A stretch of 63,933 bases of DNA, counting the filler, from Octopus bimaculoides (Eukaryota), in assembly GCF_001194135.2 (NCBI RefSeq). It is 8 parts of 5 records of this genome, joined end to end, with 100 filler letters (N's around TTAATTAATTAA, not from the genome) between each part and the next. Parts side by side here need not be neighbours in the genome. Positions count along the whole stretch, not along the records: positions 1 to 9,259 come from NC_068982.1; positions 9,360 to 20,884 come from NC_068982.1; 6 more parts are not named here. The stretch is one strand, 5' to 3'. The position numbers and the translations under genes are program-made. The notes under the pieces were generated by a model. That model worked only from the letters and a program-made list of their open reading frames with translations, searched no databases and was not told the DNA's origin. Positions 1-13,054 of the stretch are shown piece by piece; within the stretch, counting starts at the first letter, position 1; every line of letters begins with the position of its first letter.

Positions 1-757
1 ATATATCACACACATACACACGCATCATACACCGGATTAACTTCTTATAATCGAGTTGCGTTAACTCTTTCTTAACACACAAGTCATTTCTTTTCTCTCC
101 GAATTATCCATATATTTCTTTTTCAAGCATGTGTCTAAATCTGAGTTTTTCTTCAACTGAAAATTTGTTAATTTTGTCCACTTTAATCCTTCTTTTTCAG
201 CAGCATCACAAATGGACACCGGTTGCATTTCTTGCCACGTTCCTCCTCTTTGCCCTATATCCTTCTTCAATTATAGTATTTAAAAAAGGCTTATACTGTT
301 TATAAGATTATGTAATTTAACTATATTTATATCAAATACACTATTATTCTTGTGGATCAGAGTAAATGCATATAAAATAGAGACCAGGAAAATTTGAATG
401 TTAGGCTAAAAACATTTAAATGTCAAAGTTATATGTGAGCTCAAAACGAGTTATGTTTCTAGACCTACTTCTATTTTTTCTACTTCAATTTGTCGGAGCG
501 ATATCAACGTAACATGGTGCATGGATCATATTATATCAATAGATGAGAGCGTCATGATTCTAATAGGAGCATCAGTAATGTTGTTAGAGTGGTTGCAAAG
601 CATATTAACGTTTTATATTTCGATTTTTTGGTAGTTTTAAAGTAGTTGTTAAACGTTCTATTAAGCTCTGCGTGATTGAATGATTTAGAGGTTTACTCTG
701 CAGCCACTTCGAAAGGCAGTTGCTCCCTCGAACTAAAATAGAATTATATTTTATTTC

Positions 758-789
<32 letters not shown>

Positions 790-1459
790 NNNNNNNNNNN
801 NNNNNNNNNNNNNNNNNNNNNNNNNNNNNNNNNNNNNNNNNNNNNNNNNNNNNNNNNNNNNNNNNNNNNNNNNNNNNNNNNNNNNNNNNNNNNNNNNNNN
901 NNNNNNNNNNNNNNNNNNNNNNNNNNNNNNNNNNNNNNNNNNNNNNNNNNNNNNNNNNNNNNNNNNNNNNNNNNNNNNNNNNNNNNNNNNNNNNNNNNNN
1001 NNNNNNNNNNNNNNNNNNNNNNNNNNNNNNNNNNNNNNNNNNNNNNNNNNNNNNNNNNNNNNNNNNNNNNNNNNNNNNNNNNNNNNNNNNNNNNNNNNNN
1101 NNNNNNNNNNNNNNNNNNNNNNNNNNNNNNNNNNNNNNNNNNNNNNNNNNNNNNNNNNNNNNNNNNNNNNNNNNNNNNNNNNNNNNNNNNNNNNNNNNNN
1201 NNNNNNNNNNNNNNNNNNNNNNNNNNNNNNNNNNNNNNNNNNNNNNNNNNNNNNNNNNNNNNNNNNNNNAGAGAGAGAGAGAAAGTGAGAGAGCGTGTGT
1301 GAGAGAGATAGATATAAATAAATATTTATATATACATACATATATATACATATCAATGCGCATATATACGTGGTATATATATGAATATAAATAATATATA
1401 TAATTTTAGAAGATATATATATATGCGTGTATGTGTTTGTCTGTGTGTGTGTACGTGTC

Positions 1460-1495
<36 letters not shown>

Positions 1496-3774
1496 CGCGC
1501 GCGCGTGCGCGTGTGTATGTCTGTTTTCCAAAAACAGCTAATTAAGCTTCTTTTATCTCGAAACCAACCCGCTCAGAGTATTCCCGTCAAAGTTAATAAA
1601 ATCTGATAACCTTACTTACAGTGTTAGCAGCTTTAAAATCTAATAACATTAGATTCGACGATCTGACAAGCCAGCGGCATATGTGTGAAATGACATGAAT
1701 TAAGATCCTATTAATATACCTGCACTTTCGTAGTTACAGTTAAGAGGGACTGATCAATGTTTTCCTCTCATGAAATTATTCTGTCATTGGTGCTGAATAA
1801 ATGACACATCTCACTTTCTGCCAGTTTCACGTTAATAGTATACACTTATCTAGATCTGAACAATTACACTAAGTGAGATGACGACTATGTAAGACGATCG
1901 AGGAGTGAGAAGGGGAAAGTAATTAGTTATTTAGACATTTAATCATGGTCAGCCTACGGAAGCATATTATCATAGTTTCTACATTACCATTCACATAATT
2001 TCCGTTTCTTATCAACGTCCGTGCTTCAGAGAATAGCAACTCGCTGACAGGAAACCGGTGGAAGAGAAATATACAAATCACACGGCTAGAAACACAGGAA
2101 ATGAACTTATTTTTTTATTGTAGAAGTGTTATTTATGTAACAACATTTATAATTATTTAATTCGTTTTCATGAGACTCAATGTAACATTATTTTAATTAG
2201 TGATACGTTGCAGAAGTGACATTCAAAATTGACTTTGAATTGCATGATTGCTGAATATACTGTATTGTCCTAGGATATTTAAGAAGATTTACGCGAGTAT
2301 TGATCTTATATAAGTAATAGTTACTAAACAGTGAGTTTATTGTGCCATCCGTCCATATGTATAAAAAGGATATTGAAAAGAAGCAAATAAGTTATGAAGA
2401 AGATAAAGTCGCGTAAAAAGAAGTATATTTTTAAAATATACACGATATCTATTTTCGTTGTCAAGTGTCTCCAAAACCATTTAGGGAGTACACTTGTCCA
2501 ACGTATTAAAACGTACATGGAAGAATCCCAATAATGCAGCAATTGTCCCGTATAATAATACATACTCTACAATTCGAACTATTAGTTGTAACAAATTGTG
2601 ATTCAACCTATTTCGAGTACACAAATGCGTCATAAGCCACCCATTTCATATATGCAGACACTGTCTTCTTTAAACTAATGTTAATTTATAAATTGAATTG
2701 TCCTGGCTTAACGTTTGGCAAGAGAAACTGTACACTCATTTGCAAAATGGTTTTGTTCCCGATGTGTAATTTCACATCCTTACGTGTCAGCCACCGCACT
2801 TCATATTTGGTTGCTTTACGGAAGTATTTTCATTCATTAAACATTGATTTGAAAATAAATATTTTATCAAAACTTTTTTTAATGTTAGCTTATCTGATCA
2901 CAACATCCCATTCAGTATTATTTACATTTTATAACTGGTTAAATACTTGCGTCTGAGGTTATTTTTTTGAGTGTAAAGGCATTTTAACAAATAAGACACA
3001 AACACAAACTTTCAACTTATGAATTTGGAAAAATCGGTATTTCTCTGTGTTTCATTGTGTAAAGAACTTTGGATCACATCCCTTGCCTTTTTCTTTTTGT
3101 ACCAACGACAACATTTTAATTCATTTTACATTGATTTAAAATTTGTGTGAGCATTGCAAGCGTTCCAAATTATGGTGTACAATTTGCAATGACGTAACTG
3201 AGAACTATGTTTTCGCAGTAGCTATTCATCACTAATAATAATACATAACATAAGGGAATATATGTCTTCTAACTACTTACTTTCGTGTGAATGGAAAGAA
3301 AATGTTAAATGTTAATGTTGTGTAATAAATGAATTCCAATGTATTCATGATTAATGTCACAAGACAACCATTACAAACCTCCACTTACGATAGTGTATCT
3401 ATCACATGCCAGTTTATTGGACTCCATTTTTGTTTCATTAATTGGACTACAACCTAACGAAACACTTATCGATTATTTATGCATGCTGGAAGCGCTTAGT
3501 AGGGAGTTTTACCTATAAAATATATCTGTTTATTCTCTCTTCGCTTGGATAATTTGAGAATTAAGTATTTTCTGCGTCAACACATCGCAGTAGTTCTTCT
3601 ATTGACACCAATTACAAGTAAGATTTCTCCTGTAGTATAATAACTTCTTTCAGCGATATACATTAAACCAAATATAACAGTTACCCATCAACAAATTTAG
3701 AAATCACTTACGGCTCATTTACGATTTTATGTGATTATATTGGAAACTTAAAATCTGATCTTTCCTTATTAACG

Positions 3775-3985
3775 GTTTTAAATTTTGACATATGTCCAGC
3801 TATAATAGCGGGAAAGGATAGTCGATTACACCAATCTCAATGCTCGGCCGTTGCCTATTCTATTGACTCCAAAACGATGAAAGGCTACGTTGATCCTCGT
3901 GGAATTAAGAATCAGAAAATAAAAATGCGGAAGAAAAGTCGCCCAGCATAATATCAGATATACTAACGATTCAACCCTCTCACTG
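3775..3985 (-). mobile_element. Degraded tRNA-derived SINE (family C, head GGCGGCGAGCTGGCAGAATCGTTAG)
   Basis: The minus strand reads gaatcgttagtatat...ttccacgaggatcaacgtagcctttcatcgttttggagtcaata...gtgtaatcgactatcc, colinear with the intact copy at 42257-42457. Confidence 0.55.
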
Positions 3986-4278
3986 AACATTCTTAATATG
4001 TTCATAAACCGATGCTCCAGCCAAGTAGAAATCAAAACCAGAACTTTCAGCTGAAGACCAAAAATGAAAATCGCTCTTTAGATGTGTCTATCAACGTACG
4101 GGTTTCAATTCTCGTCCGAGAGCTGAATTTGACATTCTTTGAAGATAATAAAACAAGACGTTAAATACGGTCGTTAAGTGAATCAACTAAATTCCGTTTC
4201 TCTGTAATGGTAATCATATGCTAATTGAAAATAGAAACTATGAAAAATAAATAAATAAATAACTTGACGCATAGTACA

Positions 4279-4360
4279 TTCTTCTTCTTCTTCTTCTTCT
4301 TCTTCTTCTTCTTCTTCTTCTTCTTCTTCTTCTTCTTCTTCTTCTTCTTCTTCTTCTTCT
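4279..4360 (+). repeat. (CTT)n microsatellite
   Basis: Perfect trinucleotide run. Confidence 0.95.
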
Positions 4361-4494
4361 TTTCCACACTGATAATTTAGCGATAATTTACTAATAGGTT
4401 CATTAAGTTATTACTTATCTTCTTCAATAAGATCACTTGCCCAATTTTATCCACATCAAATCCCCATGACTCGCACCCATACCTCCACTGTTCT

Positions 4495-4536
<42 letters not shown>

Positions 4537-7194
4537 ACATACACACACCAAATANNNNNNNNNNCTACTACTACTACTACACATACACACACCAAATACA
4601 TTTCGATAACCCTCCCTTTCAACTATTGTGCACTAATCAGTCGGACTTTATTTTAGATGTGAAAAAAATGTAGCATCTGTTCTCCAGTTGAAAATACACT
4701 CGATCAGTCGTGCATCGCAAAAATGCAGGGTTATAAACCAGAAACCTAACACCATTTGCTATTTTTCTCTGTTCATCTACAGTCTGGATTCGATACCCCT
4801 TTACTGTTCGCCTGAGACCCCAATCTTTGCAAAACCTATCTCAGCCCCGTCTTTGCAACATCCATTTTAGCTCCCTGACCTTGTAACAACTCTGATTTCA
4901 CCTCTACTACTCTTCAAATCATTCAAAAGATGTAAAAGAATACACTCGCTTTTCAAATTAGAAAGATCCTGGTATCAAGCTAGGTACAAACAGTTTCTTG
5001 CAAATATACGTGTGTTTGCATGTACACATAACATTTTCGTCGTTTAGTCACGTCTCTTCAGCATTTTGCCAAGCAGCATGACATTCCTTTTATTTTCATT
5101 TTTCCTAACACATATCTTGTCACTCACACTCTTACCACGCCTATTCCTTCCTTAATACCCCTCTCCTCTCGTTCTCTATGTCTGTCACTTTCATCATCCA
5201 AACGCAATACTCTGCATAAAACATTGACTTTTTCCTCATGTTTTACTCATGACATAACATATATTCCGCACTTTGAATATTCTATTTACAATCTAGTCTG
5301 TCTCTTTATAACTCTCATAGTTGTTACAGACATTTAGCGCCAAGTGTGCTCTGATCAACTCACCTATAATCCATATCATACAAACATGAGCGTATCACCA
5401 TTTATTATAATCCAGAGCACTCAAGAGTGCTTCATTAATGCGTCGTTCTTTTTTAAAGGGTAGTGTATGATTTGAGTGAGAGATTGCTGCTAAAAAATCA
5501 CTGGAGTTTATCAATCCTTCATTCACAACTTTTCTTCGTGGATCTTATGCGTGTAGATTTTGATGCAAACTAGTATAAACGTAGTTAATATTTTTCACTT
5601 GGAGCTCGACAGTTGCTCTTTCTCAGTATTCAAATTTAGTGCTGTGTAACCTAGGATGCCACTTAACACTACTGGCTATTTTTTCATGTTTGTTATATAT
5701 TTTCTGGATCACTTCTGCATCTTATTCCATTATGGTTGTTGTTTATCCTCGGCCAGCTACGAAAAAACATATCAATATTGAACGTCTACGGAATATGTCA
5801 AAACATGTATTTTGTTCAAATATAGGGTATCAAAAGCTATATTAATCAATGGATCACCTTACCGTAAGATAGTAAAATATGATCTTACGGATATTTGGTT
5901 GCATTTCTAGCATGATCAGCAACTACATACATCAGCTGTCTTTCTTCAACTGATCTGGAAACTATGTCTTTCATCATAAGTTTTGTTTACAGTTAGAAAA
6001 ATACATCACCCGCAGAGGCTTTGCTGATTTTTTGTTTTTCCTGAAGCAGTTAATGCCAAACTATCGTTTCGGGTGTGTGCTCCGTTGGTGAAGAAATGGA
6101 TGAAATGTGAATGAATATTTTACATAAATCTGTCAATATTGAGAAGTTCTCCATGGTTGGCTGTACTGCTACTGATTGTAGACAAGACAGGTTCGCAATT
6201 TAAGAAGAATTCAGTATATTTATGAAGAACTATGAAGATCCAGATATACATTTATTCCTTCGATCAATATGGCATATATTCCAATGGCCCATAAGACACT
6301 ATTTAAAAGCAATCACAAATATATAAATCTTGTATCTAGGATTTCTGTAAGAAATCCTAGATGTGGATCTAGTATGTATACCTTTTATTAGGTTTTTCGA
6401 GTGGAAACATCATAATTTGCTACTTTATTTCGTTTTTAGTTTAGTTTAATTAATGGGATTTCAAAGCAGAAATCGAAACACCTTCCAGTGTTTCATCAGA
6501 TATGGCGCCTTATAGTACAACCTTCACAATCTAATACAATATAGAAAATTCACTTTGCGTTAAACAGACTTCAGCATTTTTGATAAGAGACGAAAAATAA
6601 TTAGTTTCCTTTTAAGAAAACATATAGATTTGAAATCAGCAAAAATATATCATTTACATAAGAAAACAATTATTTGTTATGGTAAAAATTTTTACACTGA
6701 AATACAATGTTTGTTTGTTCAGAGAGCAAAAATGAAACGATTATGAATGGCATGAAAACTTGAGTGGGTCAAATGTTTATTCAATCCAAATCTCTATAGA
6801 TGGAAAATTACACACGTAGTGCATAAAAAAATTCCTTCTGTTAAAATATGTTAATGATTTCCCTGGTCCCACGGTCTTGTCTTTAAAGGAATTGGACCAG
6901 AAATCTTTACATGTTAACCGAAAAATATTATTTGCTTACTTCTGAAATTCAAATAAAACCATCATACTAGAACTTTTTGATTCAGTATTCAGATTTTAGC
7001 AGAGCAGTAAAGGATGGCAAATAATGATTTCTGAAATAAGGATAAAACCAAAATCTATTGAGAGACGGAAAGGACGATTATATCAATACCTGTATTTGTA
7101 TGATACAATTTATTTAACCTTAGAAGCTTTTGAATTAACTGAATCGAGTGACATAACTGAATAACCTTTCTGTTATACTTACAATAACTAAAGT

Positions 7195-7570
7195 GTAGGG
7201 AAGGTGGTTAGTCGATTACATCAGTGTTCAATCGGTATTTATTCCATCGACTTCGAAAGAGGATGAAATGTAAAATCGATTTCAGCGGACGAAATACCAT
7301 AACGCATTATGTTCAGCATGCAAACGATTCTACCACCACACCACCTGATGATATAAATGAATATACTAAGGTATCTTTATCACTTGAATTATCCATGCAC
7401 TGAAGGATAACAAATGTGTCTAATTTACGCACAATTTTTAATGAAAGGGCGTTAGTCGATGGCATCCACGTTAGATATAGATTGCTAGTTTAATTCATCT
7501 ATCCTGGAATGATAAAGGCAAAGTTGCCACTAAAACGCAGAAAACGGCGCAATTACTGTATAACATTTTT
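7195..7570 (-). mobile_element. Two degraded family C SINE fragments
   Basis: Contains gtcgattacatc...ggtatttattccatcgac...aaaggatgaaatgtaaaatcga and cctggaatgataaaggcaaagttgcc...aaaacgcagaaaacggcg, which are reverse complements of the family C body. Confidence 0.5.
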
Positions 7571-8404
7571 CAGACGCTCTAAAACTTCTTCCAGCCCACT
7601 ATTTTTTGGGGAAAAGGAACGGTAAATTAAAAGAATACCAGTGTAATACTAACTATAAGAAACCTGGACCGACGCTTGAGAATGCATTAACCATTTTTGA
7701 TTATATATATATATATATATATATATATNNNNNNNNNNNNNNNNNNNNNNNNNNNNNNNNNNNNNNNNNNNNNNNNNNNNNNNNNNNNNNNNNNNNNNNN
7801 NNNNNNNNNNNNNNNNNNNNNNNNNNNNNNNNNNNNNNNNNNNNNNNNNNNNNNNNNNNNNNNNNNNNNNNNNNNNNNNNNNNNNNNNNNNNNNNNNNNN
7901 NNNNNNNNNNNNNNNNNNNNNNNNNNNNNNNNNNNNNNNNNNNNNNNNNNNNNNNNNNNNNNNNNNNNNNNNNNNNNNNNNNNNNNNNNNNNNNNNNNNN
8001 NNNNNNNNNNNNNNNNNNNNNNNNNNNNNNNNNNNNNNNNNNNNNNNNNNNNNNNNNNNNNNNNNNNNNNNNNNNNNNNNNNNNNNNNNNNNNNNNNNNN
8101 NNNNNNNNNNNNNNNNNNNNNNNNNNNNNNNNNNNNNNNNNNNNNNNNNNNNNNNNNNNNNNNNNNNNNNNNNNNNNNNNNNNNNNNNNNNNNNNNNNNN
8201 NNNNNNNNNNNNNNNNNNNNNNNNNNNNNNNNNNNNNNNNNNNNNNNNNNNNNNNNNNNNNNNNNNNNNNNNNNNNNNNNNNNNNNNNNNNNNNNNNNNN
8301 NNNNNNNNNNNNNNNNNNNNNTATATATATATATATCAGGTTGAGTAAAAAGTAAGCAACGTCTTGAACCCAGAAGAATTTGAACCGGATTTTTGCAGAA
8401 ATGG

Positions 8405-8560
8405 TCATTTCTTGCAAAGAGCTTTAAATCATCCATGTAAATGAGATGCTTTATATTTTTATCAAACGTTTTATAACCGTATTGTACGTCACTGAGCAAT
8501 TTTGAGAGAGGCATTAAGGCTAGACATCCCCCGATGTTATCAGATTAGATTTGTTTTTGA
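8405..8560 (-). pseudogene. Reverse transcriptase fragment of an R4/Dong-type non-LTR retrotransposon
   Basis: Translates to LALMPLSKLLSDVQYGYKTFDKNIKHLIYMDDLKLFARND; HLxYMDDLKL is the catalytic motif of this group. Confidence 0.85.
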
Positions 8561-8616
8561 ATGGAGAGCCCGGTGTAGCACATCTATGTTGTTATTCAGC
8601 GCGCGGAGCTTCTCCC

Positions 8617-8617
8617 A

Positions 8618-8671
<54 letters not shown>

Positions 8672-8996
8672 GATTGTTGTTATTGCTGTTGTTGCTGTTA
8701 TTATTCAGTAGTCTTATTTTATCACGTGCTTTCACCGCATTACCGAGCGCAGATCTGTGTGCCTTGGATATGTGCTGTGGTTTGCTTTGATGCTCTTATT
8801 GTTACTGTATTGAATGCGTTTTACGTAGGATGTATGCCGTGCCGAGTAGTGCTATTTTTTGTATGTTATATATGCTTGTTACTCCAGGTGTTTTTGTTTG
8901 TATCATACCGAATTCGCCTCTGATAGGAATTGTCTCTGTTTTTAGACTCCACATTCGAGTTACCTCTATTTCCAGGTTTTTGTATTTTGAGAATCG
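8617..8996 (-). mobile_element. 5'-truncated R4/Dong-type LINE 3' end (C-terminus of the restriction-like endonuclease, 3' UTR, (TAA)n tail)
   Basis: With frameshifts it reads FSKYKNLEIEVTRMWSLKTETIPI...SIYNIQKIALLGTAYILRK, then a short UTR and an (AAT)n tract at about 8617-8670. Confidence 0.8.
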
Positions 8997-9186
8997 TTAA
9001 CACGCCGGATGAAATGCTTAACGGTACATCGGCCGTCGCTACGTTCAGAGTACAAATTCCGCCGAGGTCGACTTTACATTTCATGCTTTCAAGATCAATA
9101 AAATAAATACCAGTTGGACTCTGGGGTCGATATTATCGAGTAGTCCTCACCCACCAATTTTCAGGCCTTGTGCCTTTAGTAGAAAG

Positions 9187-9217
<31 letters not shown>

Positions 9218-9259
9218 CTTCTTCTTCTTCTTCTTCTTCTTCTTCTTCTTCTTCTTCTT
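8991..9259 (+). mobile_element. Family C SINE missing the first ~15 nt, with (CTT)n tail
   Basis: gaatcgttaacacgccggatgaaatgcttaacgg...gttcagagtacaaattccgccgaggtcgacttt...tttcaggccttgtgcctttagtagaaa. Confidence 0.85.
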
Positions 9260-9359
9260 NNNNNNNNNNNNNNNNNNNNNNNNNNNNNNNNNNNNNNNNN
9301 NNNTTAATTAATTAANNNNNNNNNNNNNNNNNNNNNNNNNNNNNNNNNNNNNNNNNNNN
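9260..9359. other. Artificial 100-bp scaffold spacer (44 N + TTAATTAATTAA + 44 N). Identical spacers at 20885-20984, 35737-35836, 43049-43148, 47137-47236, 59136-59235, 61778-61877
   Basis: The same length and layout occur seven times. The 12-mer is self-complementary and puts TAA in all six frames, as in concatenation linkers. Confidence 0.95.
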
Positions 9360-9371
9360 ATATATATATAT

Positions 9372-9416
<45 letters not shown>

Positions 9417-9687
9417 GATAGGTATGTTGATTAGAACTCATCAAGCTGTAGATATATAAATTCATAGGTCATTGACCAGTTACTAGTTTGATGAGTGCCA
9501 ACACATGAAACCCTCAGACCTTGAGTCACATTATTACTTCTGCTAAATATTAATAAAAAAAAAATGGGTGTGCATGTGTGCCTATGTGTGTGTGTGTGTG
9601 TGTGTCTGTGTGGTCATTCAACCAGCAAGCAATAGCAAGCAATAGTGGCAAAGCCTCCCTCCAATAGTGTGTGTATATATGTGTGTG

Positions 9688-9722
<35 letters not shown>

Positions 9723-9761
9723 ACGTGTATATATATATATACATATATATANNNNNNNNNN

Positions 9762-9828
<67 letters not shown>

Positions 9829-10324
9829 CTGAGAGAAAGAGAGAGAGAGGTAGATAGATAAATAGAGATGGATGGATGGCTCTCTGGCAGATTTGACAAT
9901 GAGGATTAGGTTGTTTGATAAAGTGGATTATCTGATTGTTCATTTATGGTTTGGAAGGAGATTTTACTGCTATTGCTTGCTTGTGGAGTGACCACAGAGA
10001 GGCTCTCTTCTTTAGCTGAAGGGGATGATGTTGATAGTGGTTGTAACAATAGTTGTAATAATAATGCTGATAATGATGACGGTAGCAGTGATAAAATGAT
10101 AATATTGATGGCAACAATGATGAGGATGATGATGACGATGATGAGAATGACAATGACGACAACAATATTGATGATGATGATGATGATGATGATATCTTGT
10201 CTGCTGAGAATAAGAACAAAAAATGAATTACTTCTGTCTGAAATAAAATCTTTTTTAACATGAATGTTTTCCAAAACACACTTCTTGTCACATTTTTCAA
10301 TTTATTTTTGAATTTGAGTTTAAT

Positions 10325-10541
10325 GTGCTGCTGCTACTAGTGGTGGTGGTGGTGGTGGTGGTGATGGTGGTGGTGGTGATGATGGTGGTGGTGGTGTTGG
10401 TAGTTTTGGTGGTGGTCGTGGTGGTGGTGACGGCAATAGCACAGCTGCTGCTACTACTACTACTACCACCACCACCACCACCACCACCACTACTACTACT
10501 TCAAAAGCAGCTGCGGTGTGGTGCCAGCAGCAGTAACAACG

Positions 10542-10574
<33 letters not shown>

Positions 10575-10575
10575 C
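10325..10575 (+). repeat. Compound trinucleotide microsatellite (GGT/CTA/CCA/CAA)
   Basis: Visible directly; it generates the polyV/polyP/polyN ORF artefacts. Confidence 0.9.
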
Positions 10576-11099
10576 TTCTGCTATAACTACAGCAATCAGC
10601 AAGAGAAGGAAAACTGAGAAATTAATAGGCAATTACTAATGAATCATCAGTATGTCTGTTTTTCTTTGTTACTATTTCATAAGACTGTTCACTATTTAAT
10701 CACAGTTTCATTAAAGACATTAAAAAACAAGGCTCTTTTTTTCATGATTTGCTTCTTTCCTGTTCCTCCCACTTCATCTCTTTTTGTGTCTGTCTATCTG
10801 TCTGTCTGTTTGTCTCTGCCTATCTCATTCTCTTTCTCTCTCTCTCCACCTTTTCTCGTTTAGCTTTTTTTTAACAAATAACTGAACTAAAACTACAAGG
10901 AAGTTAGTCCTGAACAGTCAAGGCAAGAGTGGCAAATGCCTTCCTTATCTTCATCAACTCTTACCATCTCTCTCACTGTCATGCCATACCCAAGTTTACA
11001 TCTGACCAGACAAAGGTGTCTGCTCTCCCACATTTTCTCAAAGTTAGGCTCTCTGTTTGCTGTCACCACCCACAGTGTCAGGGGCTGGGCATGCTGTGG

Positions 11100-11441
11100 A
11101 TGATGTTGTTTGTTGCTGTTGGAACAGCCTGCTCGTGAAATTAACATGCAAGTGGCTGAGCACTCCACAGACACGTGTACCTTTAACATAGTTCTCAGGG
11201 ATATTCAGCATGACACAGTGTGACAAGGCTGACCCTTTGAACTACAGGTACAACAGAAACAGGAAGTAAGAGAAAGTTTTGGTGAAAGAGTACAGCAGGG
11301 TTCGCCACCATCCCTTGCCGGAGCATCGTGGAGCTTTAGGTGTTTTCGCTCAATAAACACTCACAACGCCCAGTCTGGGAATTGAAATCACGATCCTATG
11401 ACTGTGAGTCCGCTGCCCTACCACTGGGCCATTGCGCCTCC
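11100..11441 (-). mobile_element. tRNA-derived SINE (family A, head GGAGGCGCAATGGCCCAGTGGTAGGGCAGCGGACTC)
   Basis: tRNA-like head with A-box (TGGCCCAGTGG) and B-box-like (ATTTCAATTCC) sequence, a unique body and a CAA-type tail. Resembles the Octopus OK/OR SINE group; exact family name not assigned. Confidence 0.85.
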
Positions 11442-11507
11442 ACTCGTGTGGATGATGACAATGATGACAATGCACAAGTATGTGCTGAAGCAGTGATATC
11501 TTCAGCA

Positions 11508-11672
11508 GGCACAGGAGTGGCTGTGTGGTAAGTAGCTTGCTTACCAACCACATGGTTCCGGGTTTAGTCCCACTCCATAGCACCTTGGGCAAATGTCTTC
11601 TACTATAGCCTCGAGCCGACCAAAGCCTTGTGAGTGGATTTGGTAGATGGAAACTGAAAGAAGCTCATCGTA

Positions 11673-11754
<82 letters not shown>

Positions 11755-11967
11755 CGTGTTTGTGTGTCTGTGTTTGTCCCCCCACCATCGCTTGACAACA
11801 AATGAAGGTATGTTTATGTCCCCCGTAACTTAGCAGTTCGCTAAAAAGAGACCGATAGAATAAGTACTAGGCTTACAAAGAATAAGTCCTAGGGTCAATT
11901 TTCTCGACTTAAGGCAGTGCTCCAGCATGGCCGCAGTCAAATGACTGAAACAGGTAAAAGAGTAAAA
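11508..11967 (+). mobile_element. Full-length tRNA-derived SINE (family B) with internal (TA)n
   Basis: Head ggcacaggagtggctgtgtggtaagtagcttgc...gggtttagtcccac, a CORE-like ccttgggcaaatgtcttctactatagcctc, central (TA)n, and tail gctccagcatggccgcagtcaaatgactgaaac. Confidence 0.9.
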
Positions 11968-12187
11968 TTCTTTGATGGTAAACATGTGTGGTCGCTGTTT
12001 GTTGGATGCATATTTTCATAGCTTGCCTCTTTGACAAGGTTGCAGCTCTGTGTTAAGCAAAAACTTGTGATATGAGTGCCTGGCATTTCAAATGCTGTCA
12101 AGCTCTCACAGCCCTCTACCAGTCAGGCCGTGTGGTAGGTAGAAGTTCCACATTTGAATTCTGTTCTGGAACAGCTTTATGCCACAA

Positions 12188-12226
12188 CTCAAGGATAATC
12201 TCAAGGATAATCTCATGGATAATCTC
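12188..12226 (+). repeat. 12-bp tandem repeat CTCAAGGATAAT x3
   Basis: ctcaaggataat ctcaaggataat ctcatggataat ctc. Confidence 0.85.
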
Positions 12227-12244
12227 CATAACTCCCTGTTGAAC

Positions 12245-12550
12245 TTATTGACTCTAGTACTTATCTTTTTCAGTCAGACTCTTCTGCCAAACTACTAAGT
12301 TATGGGGACATAAATACACCTGCACCAGTTGTCAAGTGGTGGTGGTGGTGAACAAACACATACACTAAGACACACACAGATATATATATATATACAATGG
12401 ACTTCTTCCAGTTTCCATCTACCAAATCCACTCACAAAGCTTTGATCAGCTTGAGGTTATAGTAGAAGACACTTGCCCAAGGTGCTACAGAGTGGGACTG
12501 AACCCCAAACCATGTAGTTGGGAAGCAAATTTCTTACCACACAACTACAC
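12245..12550 (-). mobile_element. Family B SINE, degraded
   Basis: Reverse complement of the 11508 element (ctagtacttat...ccaaactactaagttatgggga...ccatctaccaaatccactcacaaagc...cacttgcccaaggtgc...aaccatgtagttgggaagc). Confidence 0.85.
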
Positions 12551-13054
12551 CTGGAGTTATGCCAAACAGCTGTCACTTGAAGGGCAGACCTAGCTCTCAG
12601 CTGTCTTATTTGTAAAAGTCATCTCTTCACTTTCCTTTGGCTGGAAAGGTCAGGCAGGCTTTATCTGTGTGGTGACTTTGACAAAAGTGGTGTATGGTGA
12701 ACGAGATGAATGAGATTAACCCTAAAACTGCAAAATTAAATTTCATGGTTATTCCTGTAATGTTGTTAAATATCTAATAAAAAACAGAATTGATATTTTC
12801 TGCAAGTCACATTGCCTCAATAAACTTGACATAATTTAACAAAAAATAGTTTTGAACATGACATTCTTCAACAAAAGAATAGATTGGTATTTAAAACTAC
12901 TTTCTGCAGTTAAAGCTAATGAAATTTTGAATGGATACATCTGATATCCACAGTAAAAAGATTGAAAAAGGCTGAAGATAAATACGTTTTTCTTTTGCTA
13001 GCCCAAATATTTCCTTTCTAAGTTTCACTTGAAAAGAACAATTAGGGGGTTGAT

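Noticed and set aside
3826-4035. 69-aa hydrophobic ORF that looks like a membrane protein
   Set aside because: It overlaps a degraded family C SINE almost entirely.
9304-9315. Recurrent TTAATTAATTAA as a regulatory or piggyBac target motif
   Set aside because: It is always centred in 44+44 N, so it is an artificial linker.
11400-11441. tRNA genes at SINE heads (also 11508, 42257)
   Set aside because: They have A/B boxes but continue into SINE bodies and do not close a cloverleaf acceptor stem.
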